DNA from: a virus
Direction: 5' to 3' (one strand)
IMG/VR virus record: IMGVR_UViG_3300042991_001118
Span: 52,167-116,166 of that record
Length of the DNA: 64,000 nucleotides
The position numbers and the translations under genes are program-made. The notes under the pieces were generated by a model, which was not told the origin of the DNA, searched no databases, and saw nothing but the letters and a program-made list of their open reading frames with translations. This document shows, in pieces, positions 16,496 through 26,176 of this stretch (within the stretch, counting starts at the first letter, position 1; each line of letters opens with the position of its first letter).

Positions 16496-19400
16496 ACGCT
16501 AATTTGTTTGGAACATGAACGTCTTTTACGTCTGTAGGGCTTATTGTGTCAATAAGACAAGCGTATGTCGCACCAGCAAGAGCATCGGATGTGTCTTTTG
16601 ACCCGCCCTCTGGGTGATCTACTTTGTTTTCAGCCAAGTTAAAATCTAAGTCTAGCAATTCCTGTTCTAGAATCGGGATAATTGGCATATTCATTTTTTT
16701 TGCATTTATTGTGTTTCGCGTGATTAAGTATGGCTTCACATCCCGGTCGATCGAAATCACGACAGCCTTAATTCCTGCTTCTGTTAATCTTTGGATAGAG
16801 TCTTCCGATTGCCATGAATCGTATGATACTTGGCGTATCCAAAAATTTAATTTTCGTAAAAAAAAGATTAGTCTTCTGATATTGTCAAAATCAATTGGCT
16901 GTTTATTACGACCGCCTTCCAATGCAATAACGAAATCTACCTCTATTTCTTTGCATATGTCCAGTAAATTCAAGTCTTCATTTTGTGTCGAATAGGGTGT
17001 CAGGATATGCTTGCTAGGATGTACACAAGCGATTCCAGCACGACATGTGTTTTTAGCCAAGTCAACATGTAGATATCTTGGACAATCGGGATGCCTTCTT
17101 GGGTAGTATTGGCTACCACGAATCGTGCAGCCTATTTTTTCCAAAAACAAAGAGGCCAATTCAATTCCACAACCCAAATGAATCTGCATTATATCAGATT
17201 CAAATAAATTCTTCAAATCCTTATTTTGACAAGAGAGCACCCGTTCTTTATTTGAGAAGAGTTTCATAAAGCTCTTGGTTGAAATCCCTGCGAGATTCCT
17301 TGTCGCGCTTTCGCAGTCAATATCGAAAGCGTCGAAATGCTCTACAGGAACTTCAAAAACCTGACAATTTACGTTTGCTTCACATCGTGGAGAGGTTGTG
17401 TAGTTGCCTAGTTCATCTTTTATCACGTCATCTAAAACCTTACAGTCGGATGTGTTATTTCCCAGTTGTACATGGAATTTCTTTCCGCAATACGCAACTT
17501 TTTGATTGAAATCCCAAATAGATCCTCGGACGACATATCTACCAGCCTTATTCTTTACGGTTTTGATTCTTTTTTCAATAAAGTCGTCTTCCGATCCAGC
17601 ACTCCCTATAAAGACCGCAACTCCAGGGATATCTCCACTTCTTTGTATAAAACGTGATTCTAGACGTGTTGCCACGGCATTGGCTAAGTCGTATGCTCGT
17701 TTTGCGGTAGCCTGCCCTTTCCTCATCAGGTTCATTTCATCGACGGAGATAAAAAACAAGTTTTTTCCAGCCGCATGCAATGCCTGTGATCCCGTCATCA
17801 CGACTAAGGATTTTGGGAATATCATTTCTTCTGTGCCAAAAGGGCTTCTACGATAGAGGTTTTGGAAAAAGGGTGAGTCTTTGAGAATTTGGTCACGGAG
17901 AATATAAAATCCAGTATCCTCTGCACTTTTTAGGTCGTAAGAATAAATTCCAAAGACGATTTTTGATTTGCGTCCAAGTCCAAAAAATTTAGCTGGGTCA
18001 CGGAGGCACAGCACACGATGCAGTTGGTATGCCGCGATTACTCCATTTGCGATTGTGCTATTATGCGTTACAAAGCCATTTGCCACATATGACGGATTTC
18101 CATCGACTGTTAAATCAAAACATGGAGCACATCCCTTCGTGATAGAAATAACCTTATTTTGGCAAATGTCTCCATCAACTATCTTTTTTAGCAGACATGG
18201 CATCCCATTTCCCAAGATGCTGTCTATTTTTTCAAGAATTCCAATCGTTATATCTTGCGATCCCATCTTGCAATTTACAAACATATTCCTATATGGTTTT
18301 CTACTCGGTACTCTTCCTTTTAAATTTTCCCATGCCATTCTTATAAGATTGGAGCAGTTGTAAATAGATTCGCAATCATTTTTCCCACCACAATTAAGCT
18401 GCTGGCTGATTTTTTCAAGTTTTCTTTTATTGGAAAATCCGATTTTTTTGAGAAACGTTATCTTAGAACGATTCCCTTTAATCCTTATAGTCCATGCCCT
18501 GTTATGTCCGATACCTTTAATTTGTGGTATTTTACTTGTTCTACTTGTTCTAATCCCTAAAGCCAATAATGCTATTTGTGCTTGTCTTCCTAATTCTTCG
18601 CTTATCGTAGTAAATTCGATAATGTTTTTTCCATATACCGTACCATCCGTATCGAATAATCCACGTAAAAATGCACATAGCAAATCAGGATGAGACAAAA
18701 CGCATCCTGGTATACTTTTATTGATAGCCCCAGTTTTTATGCCAAATGATTTCCATCGAAGGTATATTGTTTTGTTTGTCTGTTTTAACGCAAATCTGTA
18801 ACATTGATATTCCTTTATGTTGTATCTAAAATTTATTTTGTTGCATAATTGCGATAAATGTTCGATGTATTGTTTGTCTTGGAATCCTATTGATATGGAA
18901 ATTGCACCAGAATCTTCATACCAATGTCCATTTCCTGTCCAGCTACCAAGAATTTCTGCTTCAGCCAAATCCATCACGGCTTTGTATTCACAATTTGCCC
19001 TTTTATCTTCCAAAGAAAATACTAGGACATCATCAATTGATATGTCCTGTAAAAATTTCCATATCAATTCTCCATTTTTGTTCCAGGCACGGACTCTATG
19101 CTCTCCCCTTCCTTCTATCTCATATCCATCTAAAGTCTTTATTTTAATTGTATCGGATACCCCAGCATCATATACGCCATCCACTCTTCTAAATCCATCT
19201 TCGGTTAAAACTTTTTTACCAATTTCAATCTTCCCTAATTCGCATAGGAAATCAGCACTGGATTTACATAATGTATTATCTCTTAGGCATTTGCCTATAC
19301 CCATTGCGCCCGTTAGAATTACCTCAAATACTGGCTTAACGGGATCGCATATTTTGAGGATATGCGGCCACCAAGCCTTAAAAATTTCCTCTTTGAAATG

Positions 19401-19733
19401 TCCTAGATAATCCTGGTGCGTGAAAAAGGTTTCTGGATCTACCCTTTTGTGTTCGTAGTCCACGCTATAGAGTTCGTCCAAGAGGGCATCGTTTCCAGCC
19501 ATCATAGAATCCATTACTTGCCGGACGTACTCTCTAGATTCTGGATTAAGACCCTTAAACATCTCTGAGTATCCCTTATGGAATTCATTGAGGCATTTCT
19601 CCAGGACTTCGTCCGTCACTAATTTCTGCTGGTTTTCTATCGTGTTCATTGCTGGAATCCCCAGGAATGGAGGAGGACATGATTCCTTTTTGTTCGTCTT
19701 GTCTTTCAGTTGCTGTTCCATTTGCTGTTCCAT
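16452..19733 (-). CDS. terL: terminase large subunit, intein-interrupted
   Basis: Walker A GAMGIGK|ST, Walker B ISVDE, nuclease HVDLA...YDSWQS...DHP.GGSKDTSDA. Confidence 0.92.
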   Translation of the reverse strand: MEQQMEQQLKDKTNKKESCPPPFLGIPAMNTIENQQKLVTDEVLEKCLNEFHKGYSEMFKGLNPESREYVRQVMDSMMAGNDALLDELYSVDYEHKRVDPETFFTHQDYLGHFKEEIFKAWWPHILKICDPVKPVFEVILTGAMGIGKCLRDNTLCKSSADFLCELGKIEIGKKVLTEDGFRRVDGVYDAGVSDTIKIKTLDGYEIEGRGEHRVRAWNKNGELIWKFLQDISIDDVLVFSLEDKRANCEYKAVMDLAEAEILGSWTGNGHWYEDSGAISISIGFQDKQYIEHLSQLCNKINFRYNIKEYQCYRFALKQTNKTIYLRWKSFGIKTGAINKSIPGCVLSHPDLLCAFLRGLFDTDGTVYGKNIIEFTTISEELGRQAQIALLALGIRTSRTSKIPQIKGIGHNRAWTIRIKGNRSKITFLKKIGFSNKRKLEKISQQLNCGGKNDCESIYNCSNLIRMAWENLKGRVPSRKPYRNMFVNCKMGSQDITIGILEKIDSILGNGMPCLLKKIVDGDICQNKVISITKGCAPCFDLTVDGNPSYVANGFVTHNSTIANGVIAAYQLHRVLCLRDPAKFFGLGRKSKIVFGIYSYDLKSAEDTGFYILRDQILKDSPFFQNLYRRSPFGTEEMIFPKSLVVMTGSQALHAAGKNLFFISVDEMNLMRKGQATAKRAYDLANAVATRLESRFIQRSGDIPGVAVFIGSAGSEDDFIEKRIKTVKNKAGRYVVRGSIWDFNQKVAYCGKKFHVQLGNNTSDCKVLDDVIKDELGNYTTSPRCEANVNCQVFEVPVEHFDAFDIDCESATRNLAGISTKSFMKLFSNKERVLSCQNKDLKNLFESDIMQIHLGCGIELASLFLEKIGCTIRGSQYYPRRHPDCPRYLHVDLAKNTCRAGIACVHPSKHILTPYSTQNEDLNLLDICKEIEVDFVIALEGGRNKQPIDFDNIRRLIFFLRKLNFWIRQVSYDSWQSEDSIQRLTEAGIKAVVISIDRDVKPYLITRNTINAKKMNMPIIPILEQELLDLDFNLAENKVDHPEGGSKDTSDALAGATYACLIDTISPTDVKDVHVPNKLAYDEYLQIIKGRSHG
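18060..19289 (-). mobile_element. 410-aa intein with LAGLIDADG homing endonuclease
   Basis: Starts CLRDNT, ends FDLTV...NGFVTHN before Ser; motifs LGSWTGNG and FLRGLFDTDG. Confidence 0.93.
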
Positions 19734-20409
19734 TTGGTTCCATTTCTATCACGGTTCTCTGTACCAACGCCATTTTTTCCGCTAAAATCTCGGTTAAAAG
19801 GCGTATTTTTTCTCTTTGCTGCGGGTCTGGTATCAAGCTCGGTAATTTGTCAAATTTTCCAGAGAAAACGCTTTCCGTTCCGGTCTGTGGTTTACCTAGT
19901 ACCGCCTTATTTTCGGATATCGCCCAGGTCATCAGATTTGATATCCCGCCAGAAATTTTATCTATCACGGAATTCGCATATTCTCCTATGCGAATTTTAT
20001 CTGCTATTTTTAACGGTTTCCCGTCGTCATCCATTTGTACACGCCAATTGTGATTCAGGTCATTCAGCACCCTCGTCGCGAGTTCGACAGATTTTGTAAA
20101 CATTTCTAGACGGGATACCAGCGTTGTGAAATACAATTGGGATGCGTGTTTTGTAAAATTTTTCGTTATGACACGCATCTCTGATTTGACAATTGTGTCC
20201 CGTTGTTCTTCCGGCGACAACTCTTGCATAGCCTTTGAAATAATTTCTTTCATTGGGAAGACCGAGACAGCATGCATTTGCTTTTGTGGAGAGATAATGT
20301 CTCCATGTTTTTCCTTGTATTGTCGCATATTCATGTCATGACAGCTTTGGAGATGAAACTCCGTTATCGTCATGAAATACTCGCCACATTCTCTGCATTG
20401 CACTCTCAT
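19585..20409 (-). CDS. Zn-finger protein, candidate terminase small subunit
   Basis: CREC...HLQSCH..MRQYKEKH (MucR/Ros-like); directly upstream of terL. Confidence 0.5.
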   Translation of the reverse strand: MRVQCRECGEYFMTITEFHLQSCHDMNMRQYKEKHGDIISPQKQMHAVSVFPMKEIISKAMQELSPEEQRDTIVKSEMRVITKNFTKHASQLYFTTLVSRLEMFTKSVELATRVLNDLNHNWRVQMDDDGKPLKIADKIRIGEYANSVIDKISGGISNLMTWAISENKAVLGKPQTGTESVFSGKFDKLPSLIPDPQQREKIRLLTEILAEKMALVQRTVIEMEPNGTANGTATERQDEQKGIMSSSIPGDSSNEHDRKPAEISDGRSPGEMPQ

Positions 20410-20756
20410 TCTTTTCCGCCTTCCAACTCAACGAATAAGAAATTTTGTACCCAATAATGAACACGACCGTCTGGTAGAACTATGTTGAGGTTTAACAAAT
20501 TTTCGCATTTATTGAGATTCATCTCACTGTCTGGAAGACCAGCCAATGCACACCATTGGGACAAAGAGATGGCATTGAGAGAATCTCTGTTTTTTCCATG
20601 TGGCATTGCTGCCCAGACTGATACTAATTTTCTCATCGCGATATCGTCTTTTATCACAAGGCACTTCATCTGTTCCGATGGTGCCTTTGTCCCCTTAAAA
20701 ATTTCTCCACACCACTTCTCGAATTCTTCTAATTCTGTCATTTGCTTTATCTCCAT
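20406..20756 (-). CDS. hypothetical protein
   Basis: Coupled ORF. Confidence 0.55.
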   Translation of the reverse strand: MEIKQMTELEEFEKWCGEIFKGTKAPSEQMKCLVIKDDIAMRKLVSVWAAMPHGKNRDSLNAISLSQWCALAGLPDSEMNLNKCENLLNLNIVLPDGRVHYWVQNFLFVELEGGKE

Positions 20757-21246
20757 ATAGTAAAATCAAAAATTCCTCTAGGGATACCATATCAAAACTT
20801 GTATACCCCACATCTTTGCATTGTGTAAGTAATTCTGATATGGGGAAAAAGGATATAAATTGATTTAACGAAAATTCTTTATCGTCGAATTGCGTAAATT
20901 GAATTGTTTCAATATCGCCCAATATCGATAAAAAGGTACATAAAACACCAAATTTCTTGGGACTTTCCAAATATTGTATAAATGGCCAAGATTCCGTTTT
21001 ATAAAAAAATCTTTGCAAAGCCGTCTCAACATTGATTTTTTTCATGGCGGATTTCCACCAATTTTCGTTCTGATAATATATCGTCTTTGAGTGTGCAAAT
21101 TCGGCGTAAAAATAATCTATTATCCTTTTACATTCTAGTGGTGAAATTAACAGTTGTGCCGAGATTCCTACATAGTCTAGCACTTTCCTATATTGTGCCA
21201 AATGTAGAGTTTCCATCTTAATGTATTCATTTGTTTTCAAGTTCAT
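20695..21246 (-). CDS. hypothetical protein
   Basis: ORF track. Confidence 0.55.
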   Translation of the reverse strand: MNLKTNEYIKMETLHLAQYRKVLDYVGISAQLLISPLECKRIIDYFYAEFAHSKTIYYQNENWWKSAMKKINVETALQRFFYKTESWPFIQYLESPKKFGVLCTFLSILGDIETIQFTQFDDKEFSLNQFISFFPISELLTQCKDVGYTSFDMVSLEEFLILLYGDKANDRIRRIREVVWRNF

Positions 21247-21398
21247 CTTTATATTTTTTGAATAATTTGATGTATAAATTGATTGAGATTCCCAACAATG
21301 CGGATATCTCTTTTATATTTTTGTGAAAATTCAATGTCATGAAAACAGGATACGATTTATATCCAGAATTTATTGAATATTGATTTAGGGAATCCATT

Positions 21399-21902
21399 TT
21401 ACACAACGCCTATACAAAAAATTTTTTCTTGTAGTATGACCTTTTTTGTCTTTTTAATTGCCTCTTTTTTTTCTTTCAGAGATAAGTCTTTGAAATTGAT
21501 TTTCCTCAACCTTTTAATCACAACATCTGGTATCCATATGCCTTGTTTCAAATCAATCAATGTTGGTAATTTCCCACATTCTATCCAATTCAATATTGTT
21601 TTATATGAGACATATAAAATTTTTTGTAATTGGAATGGTGGATATAATAACGACACGGAATTATCTGATAAATGTATAATCCTTGGCATGTTGCTACCTC
21701 TTGGACTTTTGCTTTTCTTATTCTTTTCTCTATATTTTTTTAGTCTATCTATTATCCCTTTTCGGTATGTCTCATCCATTTCCCATTTATTCTTTTTCTT
21801 TTCCTGTATTCTTTTTTTGTTTTCTTGATAATATAGTTTGTTGTACTCTTTTTGAGAGAGATTTCTCTTCAAAATTTTTTTAGTATGTATCAATTTGGGC
21901 AT
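21399..21902 (-). CDS. basic HTH-like DNA-binding protein
   Basis: ILYVSYKTILNWIECGKLP (MerR/Xis-like HTH). Confidence 0.55.
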   Translation of the reverse strand: MPKLIHTKKILKRNLSQKEYNKLYYQENKKRIQEKKKNKWEMDETYRKGIIDRLKKYREKNKKSKSPRGSNMPRIIHLSDNSVSLLYPPFQLQKILYVSYKTILNWIECGKLPTLIDLKQGIWIPDVVIKRLRKINFKDLSLKEKKEAIKKTKKVILQEKIFCIGVV

Positions 21903-23287
21903 ATATTTCCCCTGTTGAAATCAAATTTTACATCCAAATGTGGAATCTGTATTTCTGAGAATGATGCATTTTCGGCAAGCCATTTCCATTTCCTGGATAT
22001 CCCTTTATTCTTTAACGGAATCCAGTAGTCATCGATTATATCGATGATTATAGGGGTTTTCTTATCAGGGTATTCTCTTTCTATCCTACCCTTAAGCTGT
22101 TTGATATTCGATGGTGGTGGTGTCGCGCAAATTATTGTGTCTTTCCATGGCGCGTTAAGCCCCTCGTTCCCCATAGAATATGTCGTAAAAGTTATTTTTT
22201 TATTTACTGCATCATTGAGTTGTTTTGCAGTTTCATCCCCTGTGAATTTTCCACTTTCCTCTAAAATATTTTGCGGTAGACTAGATATCAATCTTTCCAG
22301 TGGCAATTTCAATGCGTGAAAAACTAAAATGTTTCGTCCCATCTCCCATAATTGGGTAATTATCGTGGTGATTATTTGGTTTCTTTTGTGGTTCGCTGCT
22401 AATTTTTTAGCGACGATGACCCTTAATTCTGTTTTCCCTTGACATGATTTATGCGCAAAAAAATTTGATAGTGATAGCTGGATTACTTTAGTCTTTTCCG
22501 CGCATGTTGGTGCCTTAGCCTCCGCTAGGGTTTCCCCTATCAGCAAGGAAAACATGTTTTGTAAATTATCGCTGCGATGGAAAGACGCAGTCAATCCAAA
22601 CATGTATTGGCTTCTCAGCCTTCCCAGTGCAGACAAATACATCCCTGCTGGTAAATGGTGGCACTCATCAAATAAAACCACGCCAAATCGATTGTAAAAA
22701 TCGGTATCATTGTTATCCATGAGAGAGTTTATGACGCATAACACAATGGAATGCTCGATGTCTTTCACGCCAGATTTAATTACTCCTAATTGCAACGGGG
22801 ATCCATTTTCTGTAAAACTTTCATTTCCTTCTTTTTTCCATTGATCTATTTGAAATTGTCTGCTGACGATAACGAGAGCAGACATTCCCATGCGTCGAAT
22901 CAATTCCAATCCCATCAAGGTTTTTCCTACACCACATGGTGCCAATCCATATCCACCAATTCCATTTTGTAGAGCCTTTTGCCTCATATTTTCTATCCAA
23001 TTTTCTTGATCTACTCCTTTCCAATTCAACGACTTCCCTGGCACCATGGAAATATCTAGTTTTGTAAATTTTTGGGTATAATCTTGCTGGATTATATTTA
23101 TCGGATAGCATCTCGGCACGACGAATAAGTAAGAGTCTTCCTTCTTCGTCTCTGACCAACAATGGAACGGGACATTTCTCTTTTCTATGTAGTCAAATCT
23201 TTGGTATGTTAAATCCGTCCTTATTTTTTCTGCATCTTGTTCTGACGCTTTAATCCAGGAAACTCCGCCTTTTATCACGGCTTTCAA
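21890..23287 (-). CDS. superfamily II helicase (UvsW/XPB-like)
   Basis: APCGVGKT, FDECHH, GLTAS, EGLN, QLKGRIER. Confidence 0.88.
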   Translation of the reverse strand: MKAVIKGGVSWIKASEQDAEKIRTDLTYQRFDYIEKRNVPFHCWSETKKEDSYLFVVPRCYPINIIQQDYTQKFTKLDISMVPGKSLNWKGVDQENWIENMRQKALQNGIGGYGLAPCGVGKTLMGLELIRRMGMSALVIVSRQFQIDQWKKEGNESFTENGSPLQLGVIKSGVKDIEHSIVLCVINSLMDNNDTDFYNRFGVVLFDECHHLPAGMYLSALGRLRSQYMFGLTASFHRSDNLQNMFSLLIGETLAEAKAPTCAEKTKVIQLSLSNFFAHKSCQGKTELRVIVAKKLAANHKRNQIITTIITQLWEMGRNILVFHALKLPLERLISSLPQNILEESGKFTGDETAKQLNDAVNKKITFTTYSMGNEGLNAPWKDTIICATPPPSNIKQLKGRIEREYPDKKTPIIIDIIDDYWIPLKNKGISRKWKWLAENASFSEIQIPHLDVKFDFNRGNICPN

Positions 23288-23298
23288 TTTTTTCTCCT

Positions 23299-23324
23299 AA
23301 TAAAATGGGCGGCATTTGCCGCCC
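23299..23324 (-). terminator. probable intrinsic terminator after ssb
   Basis: gggcggc-attt-gccgccc hairpin followed by AUUUUAUU on the minus strand. Confidence 0.6.
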
Positions 23325-23363
23325 GTAAGCTGAAAGGAAATCATAAAAAAGGAGTATTGCATT

Positions 23364-24350
23364 CTAGGAAGGTTTTTGCCCTATGGACTGTTGTGGTTGA
23401 GAACCTGCCAAGACTTGGGGCGGTGGTTGAATATTTTCAAAATCAAAATTGTTTATGTCTTCCGTTGTTCCGAAGGCATTTCCGGAAATGGTCGGGTTCT
23501 GTTGATGTAAAAATGCCGTTCCTCCTGACGACGTATCTTTCTGAGAAGCGTATTGTGTATTTTCCCATCCATGCTCCATAGATGGTGGAGGTGTTGATGG
23601 TGAACTACCACTAAATGTCCGTTTTCTCCGAATCGCCGCCATGAAATATTGAATTTTCTTTTGATCTGGGGTAAAGGCATCAATGCTCCAATTCAGAAAG
23701 TATTCTTGTACCCCTTGTTCTGCCGTCAATTGCTTGCCTTCACCTGCACACTTCTTTAGGTACCATGCTAATCTTGGACTTCCAAGGCAGTACTGGTTGA
23801 TATCAAATGTCTTCACGTAGACAAATGTATCCCCATATTGTGGAGCGTTTTGTTTAACACGTGAGACCTTAAATCCCATGCCCAGACATTTTCCATCTGG
23901 ATTCACGGCTTTGATGTACTTTTCTAGCATCGTGATAGTGTCTTTTCGTGCCATCATCCATTTAGGCGTGTCCGTCCAGGTCGTACCTGTTTCGTCTTTA
24001 AATGGGGTGTGGTCTATCACTCTTAGCGGAACAACGAGAGTTCTCTTTATTGTGCTGTCGAATAGCCCCTCGTTACATATTGGGCATACTTTGGGGTCTG
24101 TCCCGTCGCTGCTGAAAGATGCACAAGTTACTCTCAACTTACTCGCATCTTTATCACGGAACTGATTTGCGTGGTCATAAATATAGTGTTCGTAAAAGAA
24201 TGAAATTTCGTTTATGTTTGGTGTAAGGAAAACAATTTGGCTTTCCTTTTCCTTAAAGACTATAAGTCTTTTTTCAAACTCAGGAGTCATGTGGGTATTT
24301 ATAGCCGCATCCTTAAGATTGGCCAGCCCAGTTTTAAAAAATTGAGTCAT
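23364..24350 (-). CDS. single-stranded DNA-binding protein, T4 gp32-like
   Basis: EHY...TC...CPIC Zn ligands; low-complexity tail; next to helicase. Confidence 0.6.
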   Translation of the reverse strand: MTQFFKTGLANLKDAAINTHMTPEFEKRLIVFKEKESQIVFLTPNINEISFFYEHYIYDHANQFRDKDASKLRVTCASFSSDGTDPKVCPICNEGLFDSTIKRTLVVPLRVIDHTPFKDETGTTWTDTPKWMMARKDTITMLEKYIKAVNPDGKCLGMGFKVSRVKQNAPQYGDTFVYVKTFDINQYCLGSPRLAWYLKKCAGEGKQLTAEQGVQEYFLNWSIDAFTPDQKKIQYFMAAIRRKRTFSGSSPSTPPPSMEHGWENTQYASQKDTSSGGTAFLHQQNPTISGNAFGTTEDINNFDFENIQPPPQVLAGSQPQQSIGQKPS

Positions 24351-24384
24351 TGACTCTTCCTTTCAAAATAGAGAACATGATAAT

Positions 24385-24416
24385 ATCTATATCATTTTAT
24401 TTTGTTTTGTCAAGAA
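24385..24416 (-). promoter_or_regulatory. probable promoter for ssb/helicase
   Basis: TTGACA at 24413-24408; same TTCTTGACAAwACAArAyAAAA context as the 6976 promoter; -10 imperfect. Confidence 0.5.
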
Positions 24417-24426
24417 GGTATGTGCT

Positions 24427-24460
24427 AAAAAATAAAAAAGGGTTGGTGGTGCCAACCCTT
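24427..24460 (-). terminator. intrinsic terminator ending the tail operon
   Basis: aagggttgg-tggtg-ccaaccctt with U-tract on the minus strand. Confidence 0.75.
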
Positions 24461-24511
24461 ACTTATGCGTACTATGTACTATCGGTAAGGTGTAAGGGAC
24501 GCATAGAAAAT

Positions 24512-24877
24512 CTATATGGCTATTGCAGATTTTATCAAAATGGATATTGCTACGGTCGCAACTCTTCTAACTGTTTCCCAAAATATTTTTTTAATCGGGA
24601 AATATTTTGCGACTGTAATATTTCCAAGTGTCGCATTAACGATTTTTATTTCTTGCTGTAGTGAATCAGAATTATCAGATAAAGCTCTAATCTGTAATTT
24701 TGCGGCATCTGATGCGCATGATTTTAAAAGTTCTAAGTCTTTTTTTGTTAAAGAATCCCATGCGGATCCCATAAATTCTTTCAGGTTCCCTTGTATTTCT
24801 TGCTCCAGTTTAGATAGATTTACTTCCATGGGACACCTATTTCGGGCTTTCTTTGAGAGAAGATTCTGTGTTTTCAA
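24512..24877 (-). CDS. helical protein with hydrophobic C-terminus (start probably 24829)
   Basis: Last gene of the tail operon. Confidence 0.6.
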   Translation of the reverse strand: MKTQNLLSKKARNRCPMEVNLSKLEQEIQGNLKEFMGSAWDSLTKKDLELLKSCASDAAKLQIRALSDNSDSLQQEIKIVNATLGNITVAKYFPIKKIFWETVRRVATVAISILIKSAIAI

Positions 24878-25103
24878 TCCTCAATTTCCAGGATTGAATT
24901 AAACTTTCACGTCGGCTGATTTGTTCCGATGAAAATTTTGCTGTTTTTCCATCATCTTCTTTCGCGTTTTTAACAAGCCCAATATATTCTTCTGCGATTG
25001 AATCCATTGTCGCTTTGTCTGCGACAATATACCCACGCAATTCCTCATTGGCGCATCCAGAAATCAACAATATACAAAGTATACAAAAAAATATTTTCTT
25101 CAT
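24837..25103 (-). CDS. small lipoprotein
   Basis: MKKIFFCILCILLISG-C lipobox. Confidence 0.75.
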   Translation of the reverse strand: MKKIFFCILCILLISGCANEELRGYIVADKATMDSIAEEYIGLVKNAKEDDGKTAKFSSEQISRRESLIQSWKLRIENTESSLKESPK

Positions 25104-25115
25104 CTTTGATATCTC

Positions 25116-25649
25116 CTAAATAATTTCGATTGTTGCCAAAGGCGTTTTTGCTGTAGTTCTCAATGCGTTGAACGCTCTTTGTGATATTGATAACCTAATT
25201 GTTTTGTTCTCTGCCGGAGCAGTAAATATTGTGTCGAGAAAATTAAGGGTTCCACTTAAAATCCATTTTTTTTGTGATAATACTCCACCATCATTCTTTA
25301 ATGAGACTTCTCCATTTGGGTAAAAATCGACATCATTGTCTGTTTTAAATTTAACTCTCAACGTTAGGGCATTTCCCATGTCTAATTCTTCCGGTGTTGA
25401 GAGTTCTATTTCCGAACCATTTATCATTTTGTAAAGATAGATGTAATATTTTGGTGCCAAGACGACTTCACCACTTTCTACAATATATAAATTTGGATTT
25501 TCTACAACGGTTAAGTTGTTTGGCTTTTCTAATGTGGCACAATTCTCGTCAAGCGATAGCCCAGGGAAATCTTCTAAACTCGGTGTTTTGTTCGGTCCAT
25601 ATAAAATCGTTACGATTTCTTTCGTATTTGTGTTGTAAATAATAAGCAT
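25116..25649 (-). CDS. tail-associated protein, possible fibre chaperone
   Basis: Position after the fibre genes. Confidence 0.4.
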   Translation of the reverse strand: MLIIYNTNTKEIVTILYGPNKTPSLEDFPGLSLDENCATLEKPNNLTVVENPNLYIVESGEVVLAPKYYIYLYKMINGSEIELSTPEELDMGNALTLRVKFKTDNDVDFYPNGEVSLKNDGGVLSQKKWILSGTLNFLDTIFTAPAENKTIRLSISQRAFNALRTTAKTPLATIEII

Positions 25650-25663
25650 TTCATTCCCCTCAA

Positions 25664-26161
25664 TTATCTTACGTCAAATTTTAATTCGACAGCAAACCAG
25701 TATGTTCCCTGATGTACATGATCTCCATAACTGTTTTCTGCTATTCTAAAAACATATGGACTTGTAGAATATGGATTGGATGAGATGAGAGAATTTCCTG
25801 GACCCCAAGACTCAGAGTTAGATGCACCCGCAAAGCATACTAAGACTAATGTCTTTTTATAATCAAATCCTGAACTCCCAAGTATAACACCACTTGTTGT
25901 TGTCAAATCCGTTAAATTTATTGATACGGTTCTCGAACTGTCTCCACTTCCACCAAAACCTATCGTTTTTCCCTGTGCAAATTTTATAGGGTCTAAAAAT
26001 TTGGGGTCAGTTTCTGTTACAAATTTATTGTCTGTTCCAGGGGTACCATATGTTCCAGTTAAGGCTTGTTTAATTGCGTCCGTTGGAATATTTTCATGAT
26101 TAAAAGTCGGACCAACAAATAAATGTCCATCTTCAAATGCGGGATATAATAAATTAGCCAT
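25664..26161 (-). CDS. short tail-fibre tip paralogue
   Basis: C-terminal ~100 aa homologous to that of 26177..27298. Confidence 0.6.
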   Translation of the reverse strand: MANLLYPAFEDGHLFVGPTFNHENIPTDAIKQALTGTYGTPGTDNKFVTETDPKFLDPIKFAQGKTIGFGGSGDSSRTVSINLTDLTTTSGVILGSSGFDYKKTLVLVCFAGASNSESWGPGNSLISSNPYSTSPYVFRIAENSYGDHVHQGTYWFAVELKFDVR

Positions 26162-26176
26162 AAAAATTCTCCATTA

